Counted from the first letter of the stretch, positions 1-10,472 are shown. The stretch is DNA of 64,000 nucleotides from a virus (IMGVR_UViG_2513237368_000009), one strand, 5' to 3'. Program-made: numbers and translations. Notes: a model not told the origin generated them from the letters alone.

Positions 1-25
1 TGGCGAAGAGGATAAACGAAGTAAA

Positions 26-214
26 ATGTTAGAGCAAGTAGTATATTTTTTGACAAAAGAGAAATATGATACAGAATCAATCAATCAATTTAGCTTAGGC
101 AAGATATTACAAGAACAGAGTGAGTTACCTTCTATTGCTACGTTATATCACCATAAAATTGCTCTAAAAGACATCAAAGAAATGATGAATGGTAATAATA
201 TAAGTTCACGTTAG
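26..214 (+). CDS. hypothetical protein (small ORF at window edge)
   Basis: ORF track; no recognisable motif. Confidence 0.3.
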   Translation: MLEQVVYFLTKEKYDTESINQFSLGKILQEQSELPSIATLYHHKIALKDIKEMMNGNNISSR

Positions 215-294
215 AACCTAAAACGTGAGTTCTTGAAAGAAACATATTGACATTTATGTGATAGAGGGTTAAATTAATCTCAGGAGGAATTGAA

Positions 295-1344
295 ATGATA
301 AAAACAATGGAAGAGTCCAAAATATCCAATGCTTTTGATAGCTTTATTGAAACTCGAAGGACGGCAAGCACGAAGAAAAAATATAAATTCTGTGTTGACA
401 AGTTCTTCATTGACTTATTCGGAGTAGATACAAAGCACATCAAAAAAGAACTTATTCTCACAATGAGCTATGGTATGGTGTTTAAAGACTTCATTAAAGC
501 AGAAAGAGAAAAAGGAGTCAAGGATTCGACTATTGCGACAAATCTTCATATTGTTTCATCATTCTTTGATCATTTAGGTAAAGAGAACGTTTATCCCGAT
601 GTCAACATTGTTAAGATTAAAAAAGACTATTTGAACACTAATGTATTAATAGACGACATTGAACATATTAATCCTATGAGCAAGAAAGACTTAGAGAATC
701 TTAAAAAGTGGTTGACTGATAGGCAGTACAAATCTGACAATAATAGAATTGGTGAGAAGTATGCTATGTTGGTAGATTTTATGTTTGTTACTGCAATTCG
801 TAGTACAGCCACATTTAAGATTAAGTGGGATCAGTTCCAAGTAATAGAATGGAATGGTTCTAAATTTGCAAAATTAATTGTGGTAGATAAGGGTGTTAAG
901 AAAAACGTTAAATTCTTGCCATATCAATACTATCAAAAGATGGTCAATGTTCTATATAAGGGCGATGATAATGAATATATTTTTGGAGATTTGAATAAAA
1001 ATAACTTAGTTCATTACATGGATCAGTTTAGTGTAGAGTTCGACAAGAAGATTACACCTCATTCATTGAAAGTAGGTGCTGGTACTTACGTTTATTCTAT
1101 TACAAAGGATATCGTGAAGACATCAAGATTTCTTGACCACGAGAGCGTTGAAACAACGATGAAGTATATTCGTGATAATGGGAATCCCAATGAATCAGGA
1201 AGTGTAATTGCAAGTCGTAACAATGATTATTCTAAACTGAAAGAATTATCAAATGAACAATTGCTTTCGATTATTAGCAGACGAGATGAATTAAAAAATA
1301 TTATTTATACAGAAGGTATACAGCTTGGTTATATTAAGGAGTAG
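295..1344 (+). CDS. tyrosine recombinase / phage integrase family protein
   Basis: RBS GGAGGAA before ATG; Arg-box-like MFVTAIRST and C-terminal HSLKVGAGTY...LDHESVETTMKYI (HxxR-like, catalytic Tyr in TTMKY). Confidence 0.55.
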   Translation: MIKTMEESKISNAFDSFIETRRTASTKKKYKFCVDKFFIDLFGVDTKHIKKELILTMSYGMVFKDFIKAEREKGVKDSTIATNLHIVSSFFDHLGKENVYPDVNIVKIKKDYLNTNVLIDDIEHINPMSKKDLENLKKWLTDRQYKSDNNRIGEKYAMLVDFMFVTAIRSTATFKIKWDQFQVIEWNGSKFAKLIVVDKGVKKNVKFLPYQYYQKMVNVLYKGDDNEYIFGDLNKNNLVHYMDQFSVEFDKKITPHSLKVGAGTYVYSITKDIVKTSRFLDHESVETTMKYIRDNGNPNESGSVIASRNNDYSKLKELSNEQLLSIISRRDELKNIIYTEGIQLGYIKE

Positions 1345-1429
1345 TTTTAAATATTAACATAAATATCAAAATGTTGATTTGCGGACATCAATTGTTTATA
1401 CTGTTTATATTAACTAGGAGGTAAGTTTT

Positions 1430-2668
1430 ATGTTAGACATAATTAGTGAACCTTTACCATATGAATTTCATGACTTAAAAGATACTTATAAGGATGAACT
1501 TCTACAAGCGAAACTCGATAATAAATTTATTGACAGATTATTCAATGCTAAAGAAATAAATTCTGCAAAAATGCCTTTCACAAAATTGAAGAAAGCAACG
1601 ATTATGTTGAACGCAAAAAGTAGTAATTTTAATAGTTTAGTAAAATATAGATTAAAAGATGGTAAAGGGGAGCTTTTTTCAAACAAACAATTTTTGTATG
1701 ATAATAACGTTAAGTATTTATATTTATCTAATTACTCGAAAGAATATTTAAGTTTAAGTTCTTTAAAGAATATCAATAAAATATTTACAAATATTGAAGA
1801 GATCGAAGTAGAAAATAATAAATCAATTATTAATTTCGATTTAGAGGACATGAATAAAGTTGTAGACTTTTTCAGACACAAATTTATTAATTTTATGACA
1901 TATAGAACGACATTGCTCGAACTTAGTAATTTTATAAAATTCATAGCTAAGGAATATAAGAGTGTTGGCATTGAATATGAAGTTAAGTGGAATTACAAAA
2001 AATTAATAAAAATTATCCCAGATAGTGAAAAACCATCTCCATTTTTAGATGGAAATGAGATTGCTCGACTGGCAGAACGTTCTGATGTGGCACAAAATGG
2101 AGTCGTGTTAATTCTGTTATTGAATGGTTTAAGACTGTCTAGAATTGACGAGAATGATGAAATTAGATTTCTTAAAGAGTCAGATGTTAAAGATGGGGTG
2201 ATTCATGTTCATGGTAAATTCCCTAGAGATATTAAATTAACACCCAGAGAATTTTCCATAGTACAGGATGCGATAGAAGAAGAGTATTATGATACAAAAC
2301 GAAATTGGCTTAGTACCATTCCAAGAACTGGCTATGTTCTAAGACCCTATGGAGAAAATAAAACAACAGCTAATTTAACTGAAGTGGGGATTCAAAAAAG
2401 AATAAGTAATATTGCAAGTAAATTTAGTGATTATATTGTTGAGCGCATATTCACTTATTCATCCATCAGGACTGCTGGAAGAAATAGGTTCATAGATGGA
2501 CTAGTGGATCTTGGATATACATTAGAGGAAGCAGCATACCTCAGTTTGGAAAGATTTGGTGATATCAAATCTGACGTGGATATACTTCAAAGAGAAAAGA
2601 CTGAGAGTGAATATTACATGGCCTACAAGATCAGAAAGACGTATAATAAAAGTAAAGACAACAGTTAA
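1430..2668 (+). CDS. recombinase-like protein (possible divergent tyrosine recombinase)
   Basis: RBS AGGAGG; NGLRLSRIDE (Arg box-like) and SSIRTAGRNRFIDGL C-terminal region; weaker match than upstream gene. Confidence 0.35.
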   Translation: MLDIISEPLPYEFHDLKDTYKDELLQAKLDNKFIDRLFNAKEINSAKMPFTKLKKATIMLNAKSSNFNSLVKYRLKDGKGELFSNKQFLYDNNVKYLYLSNYSKEYLSLSSLKNINKIFTNIEEIEVENNKSIINFDLEDMNKVVDFFRHKFINFMTYRTTLLELSNFIKFIAKEYKSVGIEYEVKWNYKKLIKIIPDSEKPSPFLDGNEIARLAERSDVAQNGVVLILLLNGLRLSRIDENDEIRFLKESDVKDGVIHVHGKFPRDIKLTPREFSIVQDAIEEEYYDTKRNWLSTIPRTGYVLRPYGENKTTANLTEVGIQKRISNIASKFSDYIVERIFTYSSIRTAGRNRFIDGLVDLGYTLEEAAYLSLERFGDIKSDVDILQREKTESEYYMAYKIRKTYNKSKDNS

Positions 2669-2688
2669 TTTTTGGGGGAGATTAGGGA

Positions 2689-3174
2689 ATGCAAAACAGA
2701 ATGGACGATTTATTAGAGAATTTGATAGAAGATGAATTTTCATTGGAAATATTGAATTATCTTAAAAATAATAATATTGCGGTAGATATTAGTGAAAATG
2801 ATATTCTAATGAATAGTGAAAGAGATATCATTACAATGTATTATATTCTAAATTGCTATAAAAAATGTGAACTAGAAGCAGTTGTAGAATGTATATCTAA
2901 ATGTGAATTATATGATATCGAAAACATGGTTGTAGAGAATATCCATGATTTTGAATGGTGCTTTGGAACTCAACAGTTTCCCAATCCATTTTTACAAATA
3001 ACTGCTAGTGAAATTAAAGAACTGACCTCTCTAATGTCCAATGAACATATCTCTAACTTCATTCATTCTGAACTTAAAAACTGTTATCGCTTTGGTGTAA
3101 TATCAACAAGTAGAATGCTGTTAAAATTTTTAAGTAGATTAAAGGCACACAAAAACACAAAAATTTTAATATGA
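2689..3174 (+). CDS. hypothetical protein
   Basis: ORF track; RBS GGGAG; terminator follows. Confidence 0.4.
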   Translation: MQNRMDDLLENLIEDEFSLEILNYLKNNNIAVDISENDILMNSERDIITMYYILNCYKKCELEAVVECISKCELYDIENMVVENIHDFEWCFGTQQFPNPFLQITASEIKELTSLMSNEHISNFIHSELKNCYRFGVISTSRMLLKFLSRLKAHKNTKILI

Positions 3175-3183
3175 TTGATAAGA

Positions 3184-3215
3184 ATAAGGTTATGAATAAT
3201 AGCCTTATTTTTTTG
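3184..3215 (+). terminator. rho-independent terminator (ATAAGG..13 nt..CCTTAT + T7)
   Basis: hairpin plus T-run seen directly. Confidence 0.5.
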
Positions 3216-3288
3216 ATTTAAACCGAGTATTTTGTTTACACGAGGTCGATAATTTGATATACTATGCTTTGTTCAGGAGGTGTGGAAG

Positions 3289-3921
3289 ATGAATGGAGCA
3301 ATTATCATGGCGAGTTTTGCTGGATCTGGAAAAGATACAGTAGCAGATATGCTAGTTAAAGATTACAATTCTATCTTTAAGCAAAAAGCCGATAAACTCT
3401 CTCTAGGAAAAGAAATTCATAACATTGCAAACAAATTTTTTTGTTTTAATAGTAGTAATATTACAATGAGAAAAGCAATGCAAGAAATTGGAGAGGGCAT
3501 GAGAAGAATCTTTGGTGAGAATATTTGGATAAATTATTTAAAAAAAGAATATTATTCAAGTGATCTTGGTTATGTCTTGATACCAGACGTTCGTAAGCTA
3601 ATTGAGTTTTCAACTTTCTTTGTTGAAGATGGGCTTAAGGCAATCTATATTAAGACAGACAAAGACAAAGCACTAGAAAGAATCAAAAATAGAGATGGGT
3701 ATGCGGATAAGAAATCAATTGAAGACACTAACATTGAAAAACAGATGTCTTTTATTGAGAAGCTGCCGACAAAAACTATTTCTAAAAGTGGCTTAAAGGT
3801 CACATGCAACTCAGGTGTATTCAGTGATATTTATGTAATTGACAATACTCGTGGGTTAGATAATTTAAAAAAACAGGTTGAAGAATGGGAGGTACGAAAT
3901 TGGCTGAACAAGGACAAATAG
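3289..3921 (+). CDS. P-loop kinase, dNMP kinase-like
   Basis: AGGAGG 8 nt before ATG at 3289 (track used GTG 3280); Walker A ASFAGSGKDT typical of phage deoxynucleotide monophosphate kinases. Confidence 0.45.
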   Translation: MNGAIIMASFAGSGKDTVADMLVKDYNSIFKQKADKLSLGKEIHNIANKFFCFNSSNITMRKAMQEIGEGMRRIFGENIWINYLKKEYYSSDLGYVLIPDVRKLIEFSTFFVEDGLKAIYIKTDKDKALERIKNRDGYADKKSIEDTNIEKQMSFIEKLPTKTISKSGLKVTCNSGVFSDIYVIDNTRGLDNLKKQVEEWEVRNWLNKDK

Positions 3922-4493
3922 TTGCTACACACGCAGTAAATTTCTCTTACATCATTAATATGGATAAGCTATTTTCAAAAGAAAATATTAGTGGGTTAAG
4001 AATGGTTTACGGTACTAATGACGAGAATGAAATTTTGAAAAGAATTATGCAAGAACAAGAAAGTAAGATACAACAAGTGTTAAACAGAAACATTTTTGTT
4101 CCAATTGGAGCTACTTGTGAACGTTACGATTCTTACGTTGAAAGACAGAAAAAGATAATGGAACAAATGAATATGGGGCAAGAACAAAGTGTCCAAGGTA
4201 ATCAAGAAACTGCTGATAGTAGTAATATTGACATTAAGGACGAAACAAGAGATAATAAAGAGGAACATTTCGTTCTTTCTGATCAAGAAAGCGAGTTGCT
4301 AAACAATATAGCACAAAGCATTTTTGAATTATCTTCAAAGGGGATCTTGATAGAAAAAATTATGGTGTCAGATAAACTCTCACACGAGGCAGTTCTTAAT
4401 TTATCTAATCAGTATCGGAAACCAATTGTAAAAGGTAAGTTAGCATTGAATGAGTTCAAAATTATTGAAAAAGAAAATACGGAGGCGGAATAA
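3885..4493 (+). CDS. hypothetical protein
   Basis: ORF track; start uncertain. Confidence 0.3.
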   Translation: MGGTKLAEQGQIVATHAVNFSYIINMDKLFSKENISGLRMVYGTNDENEILKRIMQEQESKIQQVLNRNIFVPIGATCERYDSYVERQKKIMEQMNMGQEQSVQGNQETADSSNIDIKDETRDNKEEHFVLSDQESELLNNIAQSIFELSSKGILIEKIMVSDKLSHEAVLNLSNQYRKPIVKGKLALNEFKIIEKENTEAE

Positions 4494-4494
4494 T

Positions 4495-5688
4495 ATGGCG
4501 ACAAAGACAAAAGCTAAATTGGAAACAGAATTAAAGCAAGGTTTTGCAATGTTTAGAGCTTGGGGCGAAGTCAGCATAAATGACGACACTTTCAATGGTG
4601 TTCAAACGTCAGAAAAGACTGGTTACAAGTATGTGAACGTTAATTTCCCACTTAAATTAGGTGATGGCAAGCAAGTATACCTTCAATTAATGGACGGATA
4701 TCAACCAGCTAAGCCGATTCTTAAACGATTCTCTAAGAAAGCTGACGAAGGCATGATGGATATTAAGTGGGAGTTCCGTAACAAGAAAGATATTTTGGAA
4801 AATGTTGCTCCACAAAGTTTCATTAATGTTCGTTTGGAGAAAGACGACAATGGTAAATTAATCCATAAGCAATTCTTGTCAGGTATTGATGCAGCGGAAT
4901 ACATGGAGAAATTCCTTGAAAATGGTCAAGAAGTATTTGTAAGTGGCCGAGTAGAATATTCACGTTACAATGACGAAGTTCAAAGACGATTCAACATTAA
5001 GAATATTTCATTGAACGAAGGCTATACACGTAAGGGCGAAGAAGTACCCGCACATGAACATGAATTTAATGTTGAACAAACATATTTGATTGAAAAAGAT
5101 TCAATTTCTTCCCGTTCAGCTAAGGAATTAAAAGAAGAAGGACGCACAGTTATTGATGCCTACGTGCCACAATATGTAAGTAAGGAAAATGGTCATGAAG
5201 TTAAAGATACACTTGCATTGCCACAACAGATTGTCTTTACTGCAAACGAAGATAATATTGACGTACGTTTGAAAATTTTGGATAAGCTATTCAAGATGAA
5301 AAGTCGTGACGTTGTGCGAGAACTCGTATTGAAGATTGCAGTAAATGAAGGCTACGATCAAGCTACTGGAGACATTGAATTAACACCAGAAGTGCAAGAG
5401 TTAATTGATTTAGGGTTCACTACCAAAGAAGACGTTAAGAAGGAACTTACGATTCGTGGGAATAAAATTAGTGAATTGATTTTTGATGGCATTAAGATTG
5501 TCAAAGATAAGGAAACAGATAAGGCTAAAATGGCTGTCAGAGATCGTTATGACATTAGTGTTTTGAGTGTTGCTGATGAAGACGAAGAAGAAGTAATCAA
5601 GGACACAGATGAAGACGAAGACAATCCATGGGACGATGGTTCAAAAGGTGTAATAAGTGACGATAAATTTGAGGCTATGTTCGATTAA
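4495..5688 (+). CDS. hypothetical protein with acidic C-terminal tail (possible ssDNA-binding-type protein)
   Basis: GGAGG 9 nt before ATG 4495 (MATKTKAK); C-terminal EDEEEV..DEDEDNPWDDG acidic tail. Confidence 0.4.
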   Translation: MATKTKAKLETELKQGFAMFRAWGEVSINDDTFNGVQTSEKTGYKYVNVNFPLKLGDGKQVYLQLMDGYQPAKPILKRFSKKADEGMMDIKWEFRNKKDILENVAPQSFINVRLEKDDNGKLIHKQFLSGIDAAEYMEKFLENGQEVFVSGRVEYSRYNDEVQRRFNIKNISLNEGYTRKGEEVPAHEHEFNVEQTYLIEKDSISSRSAKELKEEGRTVIDAYVPQYVSKENGHEVKDTLALPQQIVFTANEDNIDVRLKILDKLFKMKSRDVVRELVLKIAVNEGYDQATGDIELTPEVQELIDLGFTTKEDVKKELTIRGNKISELIFDGIKIVKDKETDKAKMAVRDRYDISVLSVADEDEEEVIKDTDEDEDNPWDDGSKGVISDDKFEAMFD

Positions 5689-5706
5689 TAGTAGTAATAT
5701 TGACAT
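5686..5706 (+). promoter_or_regulatory. conserved 21-bp phage motif TAATAGTAGTAATATTGACAT (copy 1), abuts SD of next gene
   Basis: exact consensus; followed by TTTAAGGAGAG and ATG 5725. Confidence 0.6.
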
Positions 5707-5724
5707 TTTAAGGAGAGTGGAAGA

Positions 5725-6702
5725 ATGCAAGGAAGAAAACCCAATAGTCGTAAAAAAGGTATTAAAATTTTAGTTTATGGTGATACTGGAACAGGGAAAA
5801 CCCTGTTTGGTTTATCATTCCCAAAGATTAAGGCAATTGATTCAGAAGATGGTTATAGCTGGTACGAAGACGATCCAGTGGACGGCAGAAACTTATTAGA
5901 GATTTACGATACTCAAAGTTTCTACGATTTGAAAGATGTTCTTGAAGATCTTATGGAAGATGAAGAGGTTGGTACATTTATCATTGATTCTGAAACAAAG
6001 ATTCATGAAGACATCCAACAAGCATTACTCGATATTGATGAGAAACGTGCAAGACAAAAGGGTAAGAATACTCTTGACGCAAACTTATCAATCAGATCTT
6101 ATGGGAAGATTAAGCAACTTGAAACACGTTTACAAAATGCAAAAATTGCCTTGGCATCTCGTGGTATCAATGTTATTTCTGTAGCACAAATGAAAGATGT
6201 TATGGAAGACGTTTCTGAAACAAAACGTATCAAGGTTGGTGAAGTACCAGATATGAAGAAGAAAGCAACCTATGATTATGACGTAGTTATCAAGTTGTTT
6301 AAAGACGATGAAGATAAATACTTTGGAAAGATTGAAAAAGATCGTACAAAGACAACAACTCTTGGTCAGGTCATCGAGAACCCTAGCTATGAAATTTGGC
6401 AAGAAAGACTCGAAGGCAAGAAAAATCAGGGAGACGTTGTTAAGAAAGATTTCGTTGGTAACAATGATGAGTCTAAACGTAAGTATGAGAACGAACTTGA
6501 AAGTGAAGAGGAAGCAGCCTTACCACCAGCCGATCAGATTAAGAAGTTTGTTATTTCAATTAAGGATAAAGAAGATTTAAAGAAAGAATTTGTCACGGAA
6601 GTAGCGAAGATATCTAAGAAGACATTGAGCAAAATGAGTGACGAAGAACTGGCTGAAGTCTTGAAATTAATCAAAAATTTTAAGGAAGATAAGGGGTTGT
6701 AA
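5725..6702 (+). CDS. P-loop ATPase (RecA/AAA-like, possible recombination/replication ATPase)
   Basis: Walker A VYGDTGTGKT near N-terminus; acidic repeats. Confidence 0.45.
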   Translation: MQGRKPNSRKKGIKILVYGDTGTGKTLFGLSFPKIKAIDSEDGYSWYEDDPVDGRNLLEIYDTQSFYDLKDVLEDLMEDEEVGTFIIDSETKIHEDIQQALLDIDEKRARQKGKNTLDANLSIRSYGKIKQLETRLQNAKIALASRGINVISVAQMKDVMEDVSETKRIKVGEVPDMKKKATYDYDVVIKLFKDDEDKYFGKIEKDRTKTTTLGQVIENPSYEIWQERLEGKKNQGDVVKKDFVGNNDESKRKYENELESEEEAALPPADQIKKFVISIKDKEDLKKEFVTEVAKISKKTLSKMSDEELAEVLKLIKNFKEDKGL

Positions 6703-6715
6703 TACCCCTTTTTTC
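6692..6715 (+). terminator. rho-independent terminator AGGGGT-tgtaat-ACCCCT + T6
   Basis: seen directly. Confidence 0.6.
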
Positions 6716-6765
6716 GATATCATCAATATAACACAGGTGTTGCGCAATTCTAAGGGAGCGAAGAA

Positions 6766-8007
6766 ATGCGTAGTTATATAAACAGAAAAGGTAATAAAGT
6801 TGTAGTAAGTGATAAGCATCTTGATGTTGCTATCAGAATAAAAGAGGAACTTCAAAAGACATCTCCGACAAGACGTACATCTTGGGCTGCACATAAACGT
6901 ATGATGCGGAAAGAGGGTTTCTATGACAGTGATACAAACGAAGGATATCGCTGTCTGATTAAAGCTGTACAGAGAAAACGTGGGACTCTACCCACCGCAG
7001 TAAAGCACGTAGATTTAGTTGCGGATAATAAGTTAAAGAGTATCAAGGAAGAAGTCGGAGAGTTGTACTCTTCAAAACTACAACTACAAGCACAAGGAAG
7101 AAATATCAGAAAACTTGTCAGAGCGGTCAATAAGGACGTTCTGTTCTTAGAGGAAATTAAGGAAGCGATTAAAGAGAAAGACTTTGTTAAGCCTAGCTCT
7201 TTCAATAAGTATCGTGCCAATTCCAAAGAAGAAAAAAGGGAAATGATTGTTTGTTTATCAGATTTTCATTATGGCGCTTTAGTAGATATCCCAGAGAACA
7301 AGTACAACACTGAAATTGCCAGAGAGTTATTAAATGAATATGCTCAAAAAGTTATAAAGAATATCAAAAAGGAAAATGTTAAATCTGTCTATGTTATGAA
7401 CTTAGGTGACTTGATTGAAAACGTATATATGAGAAACCAAAATCTATACAATGCAGAGGAAACATTATCAGAACAGATAGTTAATGCTACTGAGTTAGTC
7501 ATAGAATTTCTTGAAACAATTTCTTCTTATGTTCCAGTTAAATATTCAGCTATTGCGGGTAACCATGATAGATTGCAAGGGAATAAGAAGTCAAATCTGA
7601 GTGCAGATCATGCTATCAGAGTAAGTAATAAGATTGTCCAGACGTATGCTAAATATTCAAACAGTAGAGTTCAGTATATAGAAGCTAAGAGAGATTACGT
7701 GCATTGGATCAAGGTTGGCAAATACGTTTTCTGCTTTATTCATGGAGACTTGAATAATCTACAAAAGAAGACGTTGTTAGCCGAGTTAAGCTCAATGTAT
7801 GGAGAACATTTCGTGGCTGTTATTGGTGGTCATATCCACCACTTTACCATGCTAGAAGTTGGCATGAATGAGTATCAAGTTACTTTCGGGAGTATTAAGG
7901 GAATCGATGAGTATTCAGTAGACACTATTGGTTCAAAATCGTCACGTTCTCAGGGTGTAGTTATCGTGGGGAAGGACGAGTATGAGATCAAAAAAATAGG
8001 ATTATAG
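6766..8007 (+). CDS. SbcD/Mre11-family metallophosphoesterase nuclease
   Basis: calcineurin-like motifs LSDFHYG (DxH), GDLIEN (GD), GNHD, GGHIHH. Confidence 0.6.
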   Translation: MRSYINRKGNKVVVSDKHLDVAIRIKEELQKTSPTRRTSWAAHKRMMRKEGFYDSDTNEGYRCLIKAVQRKRGTLPTAVKHVDLVADNKLKSIKEEVGELYSSKLQLQAQGRNIRKLVRAVNKDVLFLEEIKEAIKEKDFVKPSSFNKYRANSKEEKREMIVCLSDFHYGALVDIPENKYNTEIARELLNEYAQKVIKNIKKENVKSVYVMNLGDLIENVYMRNQNLYNAEETLSEQIVNATELVIEFLETISSYVPVKYSAIAGNHDRLQGNKKSNLSADHAIRVSNKIVQTYAKYSNSRVQYIEAKRDYVHWIKVGKYVFCFIHGDLNNLQKKTLLAELSSMYGEHFVAVIGGHIHHFTMLEVGMNEYQVTFGSIKGIDEYSVDTIGSKSSRSQGVVIVGKDEYEIKKIGL

Positions 8008-8018
8008 AAGGTGTCTAA

Positions 8019-8636
8019 ATGGGGGCAGAAATTAGCAAATTAAAAAAATGCTATTACTGTAATAAAGATTTAGAAGAGAAAGATTTGGTTACGAAACCAG
8101 TCCCCTTAGTATGTAAGAATGGGAAAGTTCGGAACTATAATCGTTCTTTTCACGTTGATTGTGTTAAGCAGTTCGTCAATGAACATGAGGATATGTACAA
8201 ACGAAAGCAAGAGAACAACGTATGGATGCAAGTAGGAGAATATTTTAAAACGGATATTCTTGGCTTAGACGATTCTGATACGTTACCAAAGTTTGCAGTA
8301 CAAAGGCTGCTAGGTTTGCGTACTGGTAATTTCACGGCAAATGGAACTAATACAAGAACGATTAAGAAAGGTTATTCGTTCGATACGATATTAGCAACCA
8401 TGAAAGTTGCGAACATTGAAATACAGCAAGCATTAAAGAAACAGAATTTTAATGATGATCAACACCTAATAAACTTTGCGATATTTATTATTAATAAACA
8501 TATTGCAAGTATGGATAAGCGATTGCGCAAGATTAACAAAATGAACGAAAAGACCGAGGAAATTAAGGTAGAAAAGGTACAAGTAGCTGATTATGTTAAA
8601 AAGGGAACAGTCAAACGCAAATTTGACTTTGTCTAG
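8019..8636 (+). CDS. hypothetical protein (Cys-rich N-terminus)
   Basis: ORF track; CYYC...C...C...HVDC pattern. Confidence 0.4.
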   Translation: MGAEISKLKKCYYCNKDLEEKDLVTKPVPLVCKNGKVRNYNRSFHVDCVKQFVNEHEDMYKRKQENNVWMQVGEYFKTDILGLDDSDTLPKFAVQRLLGLRTGNFTANGTNTRTIKKGYSFDTILATMKVANIEIQQALKKQNFNDDQHLINFAIFIINKHIASMDKRLRKINKMNEKTEEIKVEKVQVADYVKKGTVKRKFDFV

Positions 8637-8981
8637 GTGGTATGTATGGACGATAAGATTTTACAATTTTACAATGACACAATTGAACAGAATGAAGTTA
8701 TATTGTTGAGTTCTTTTGGCAAAGATTCTGTTACAAAGTCTAAGGTAAAGACAGAGCTGATACAAGAGGTTATTAATGCAGTTGGTGGCGAACATGTATC
8801 AAGAATACTGGATGACTTTTATAACTTATTGAAAAGGAAATATATTCAAGATAAATTCTTTTTAAAGTTTGACAGATACAGTATAGACAAATTTATTCGT
8901 GATGAAAAATTTACGATGGAAAGATTGTGGTATAGAAATAGGAGGGTTCTTTTTGAGCGAGAAGAAAAACGAGAAAAATAG
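8637..8981 (+). CDS. hypothetical protein
   Basis: ORF track. Confidence 0.35.
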   Translation: MVCMDDKILQFYNDTIEQNEVILLSSFGKDSVTKSKVKTELIQEVINAVGGEHVSRILDDFYNLLKRKYIQDKFFLKFDRYSIDKFIRDEKFTMERLWYRNRRVLFEREEKREK

Positions 8982-10437
8982 TATGATAAAATCCGAGTTT
9001 TATAAAGAGCTTTTGAAGCATAAAGAGATAGCAGAAAGTCAATTTGTACTTTCTTTGTACAAAAACCCAGATCTCTTTTTCGAGTATGACCTAAAAAGTC
9101 CAGATATCTCGAACGCTTCATGGAGACTTTATTATGGAATCTTAAACGACCTATTAACAAGAAAGAGATTAAAGGTCGTAGATATGATTGCTGTTGAAGA
9201 ATATATTCAATCTAAGTCTGATAAACTTCAAGAGTATTATTCAGCAAACGGTGGTTATGATACGATATCTCGTGGTTCACAAATGATTGAAGATGAAAAC
9301 GTTGATGTTTTCTATTCTGAAATTCAACGATACAAAATCTTAATGAAATTGGTTGAAAAAGGATATCCTATCAAGAACGATTGGAATAAATATTCCAAAA
9401 TGAGGTTGGAAGATTTGTCCGATTATCTTGAAGGACAATTAAGTTCAATATTCTTAGATGCAGATTTTGGAGACGAGAAAGTAGAAAATATCGTAAGTGG
9501 TATTGATGAAATGATTGAAAGAGCCGATTCAGGAGTTGATAGAGGATTGCCTTTAGCATCTCCATTAATGAACAGTGTTCAGAACGGTATGGCATTAGGA
9601 AACATTACAATGTTAGCAGCCAACTCTGGTGTTGGTAAGACCTTCTTAACATTGAACCAATTATTGCCGACACATATCGACTTAGAAGAACCACTTATGA
9701 TCATTGCCAACGAGGAAGACAAGGCAAAATGGCAAAGAGATTTATTGACTTGGCAGATCAACAATCTTCAAGAAGGCGTTACTTTTGATAAGACACGTTT
9801 TAGTCAAGGAAAGTTTGACAAGGAAGAGAAAGCAGCACTAGCTAAAGCGTCAGAATGGTTGAAAAATAAAATGGATAGCGGACTTATTCAATTTGTGAAC
9901 TTGAATAACTTCTCAATGAACAAATCTATTAAATTAGTTAAAAAGTATGCTACTGGTTTAGGTATCAAATATTTTATTATTGATACATTGAAACTGGATA
10001 ACGATGCGAACGCAAATATGTCTGATAATTCATGGTTGTTATTACAACAGAACATGGTTAAGTTGTATAACGTAGTCAAACCAACAAATAAGAATTGCCA
10101 TGTGTGGGTAACCTATCAGATGTCAAAGAACCCTAAAGGTAAATACCTTAGTCAAAATGATTTAGGTATGTCAAAGAATGTTGCCGATGTTGTTTCTTCT
10201 TTAATTCTAGTTCGTTTAATTTCAGAATCAGAAAAAGGAGAAGGAAAAGGCGCATTAAAGGTTAAAGGAATGTCTGGGAAAAGAATGACTTTAAATGAAG
10301 ATCTTGATTACTTTGTTGTATTTTGGGATAAGAATAGACAAGGTTCAACAAGTGAACAGGTTGTATTGCGAGTTAATCGTGGTAGAAATACTGTTAAAGA
10401 CATTGGAAAAGTAAGAATATCACCAGAATATAACTAA
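8953..10437 (+). CDS. DnaB-like replicative DNA helicase
   Basis: Walker A LAANSGVGKTFLTLNQ resembling DnaB AARPSMGKTAF; probable TTG start 8953 after GGAGGG (track start 8899 lies inside upstream gene). Confidence 0.55.
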   Translation: MSEKKNEKNSMIKSEFYKELLKHKEIAESQFVLSLYKNPDLFFEYDLKSPDISNASWRLYYGILNDLLTRKRLKVVDMIAVEEYIQSKSDKLQEYYSANGGYDTISRGSQMIEDENVDVFYSEIQRYKILMKLVEKGYPIKNDWNKYSKMRLEDLSDYLEGQLSSIFLDADFGDEKVENIVSGIDEMIERADSGVDRGLPLASPLMNSVQNGMALGNITMLAANSGVGKTFLTLNQLLPTHIDLEEPLMIIANEEDKAKWQRDLLTWQINNLQEGVTFDKTRFSQGKFDKEEKAALAKASEWLKNKMDSGLIQFVNLNNFSMNKSIKLVKKYATGLGIKYFIIDTLKLDNDANANMSDNSWLLLQQNMVKLYNVVKPTNKNCHVWVTYQMSKNPKGKYLSQNDLGMSKNVADVVSSLILVRLISESEKGEGKGALKVKGMSGKRMTLNEDLDYFVVFWDKNRQGSTSEQVVLRVNRGRNTVKDIGKVRISPEYN

Positions 10438-10447
10438 ACTTCAGAAA

Positions 10448-10472
10448 GGATTGCATTTAGCAGTCCTTTTTG
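10448..10472 (+). terminator. rho-independent terminator AGGATTGC..GCAGTCCT + T5
   Basis: seen directly after helicase gene. Confidence 0.5.

Noticed and set aside
174-461. Numerous short antisense ORFs in the six-frame track (e.g. 174..461-, 627..812-, 1486..1686-, 4080..4286-, 6130..6402-, 27482..27718-, 34682..34966+, 43712..44077+, 58021..58482+)
   Set aside because: They lie entirely within longer, motif-supported genes on the opposite strand, lack RBSs, and have low-complexity composition typical of AT-rich antisense frames.
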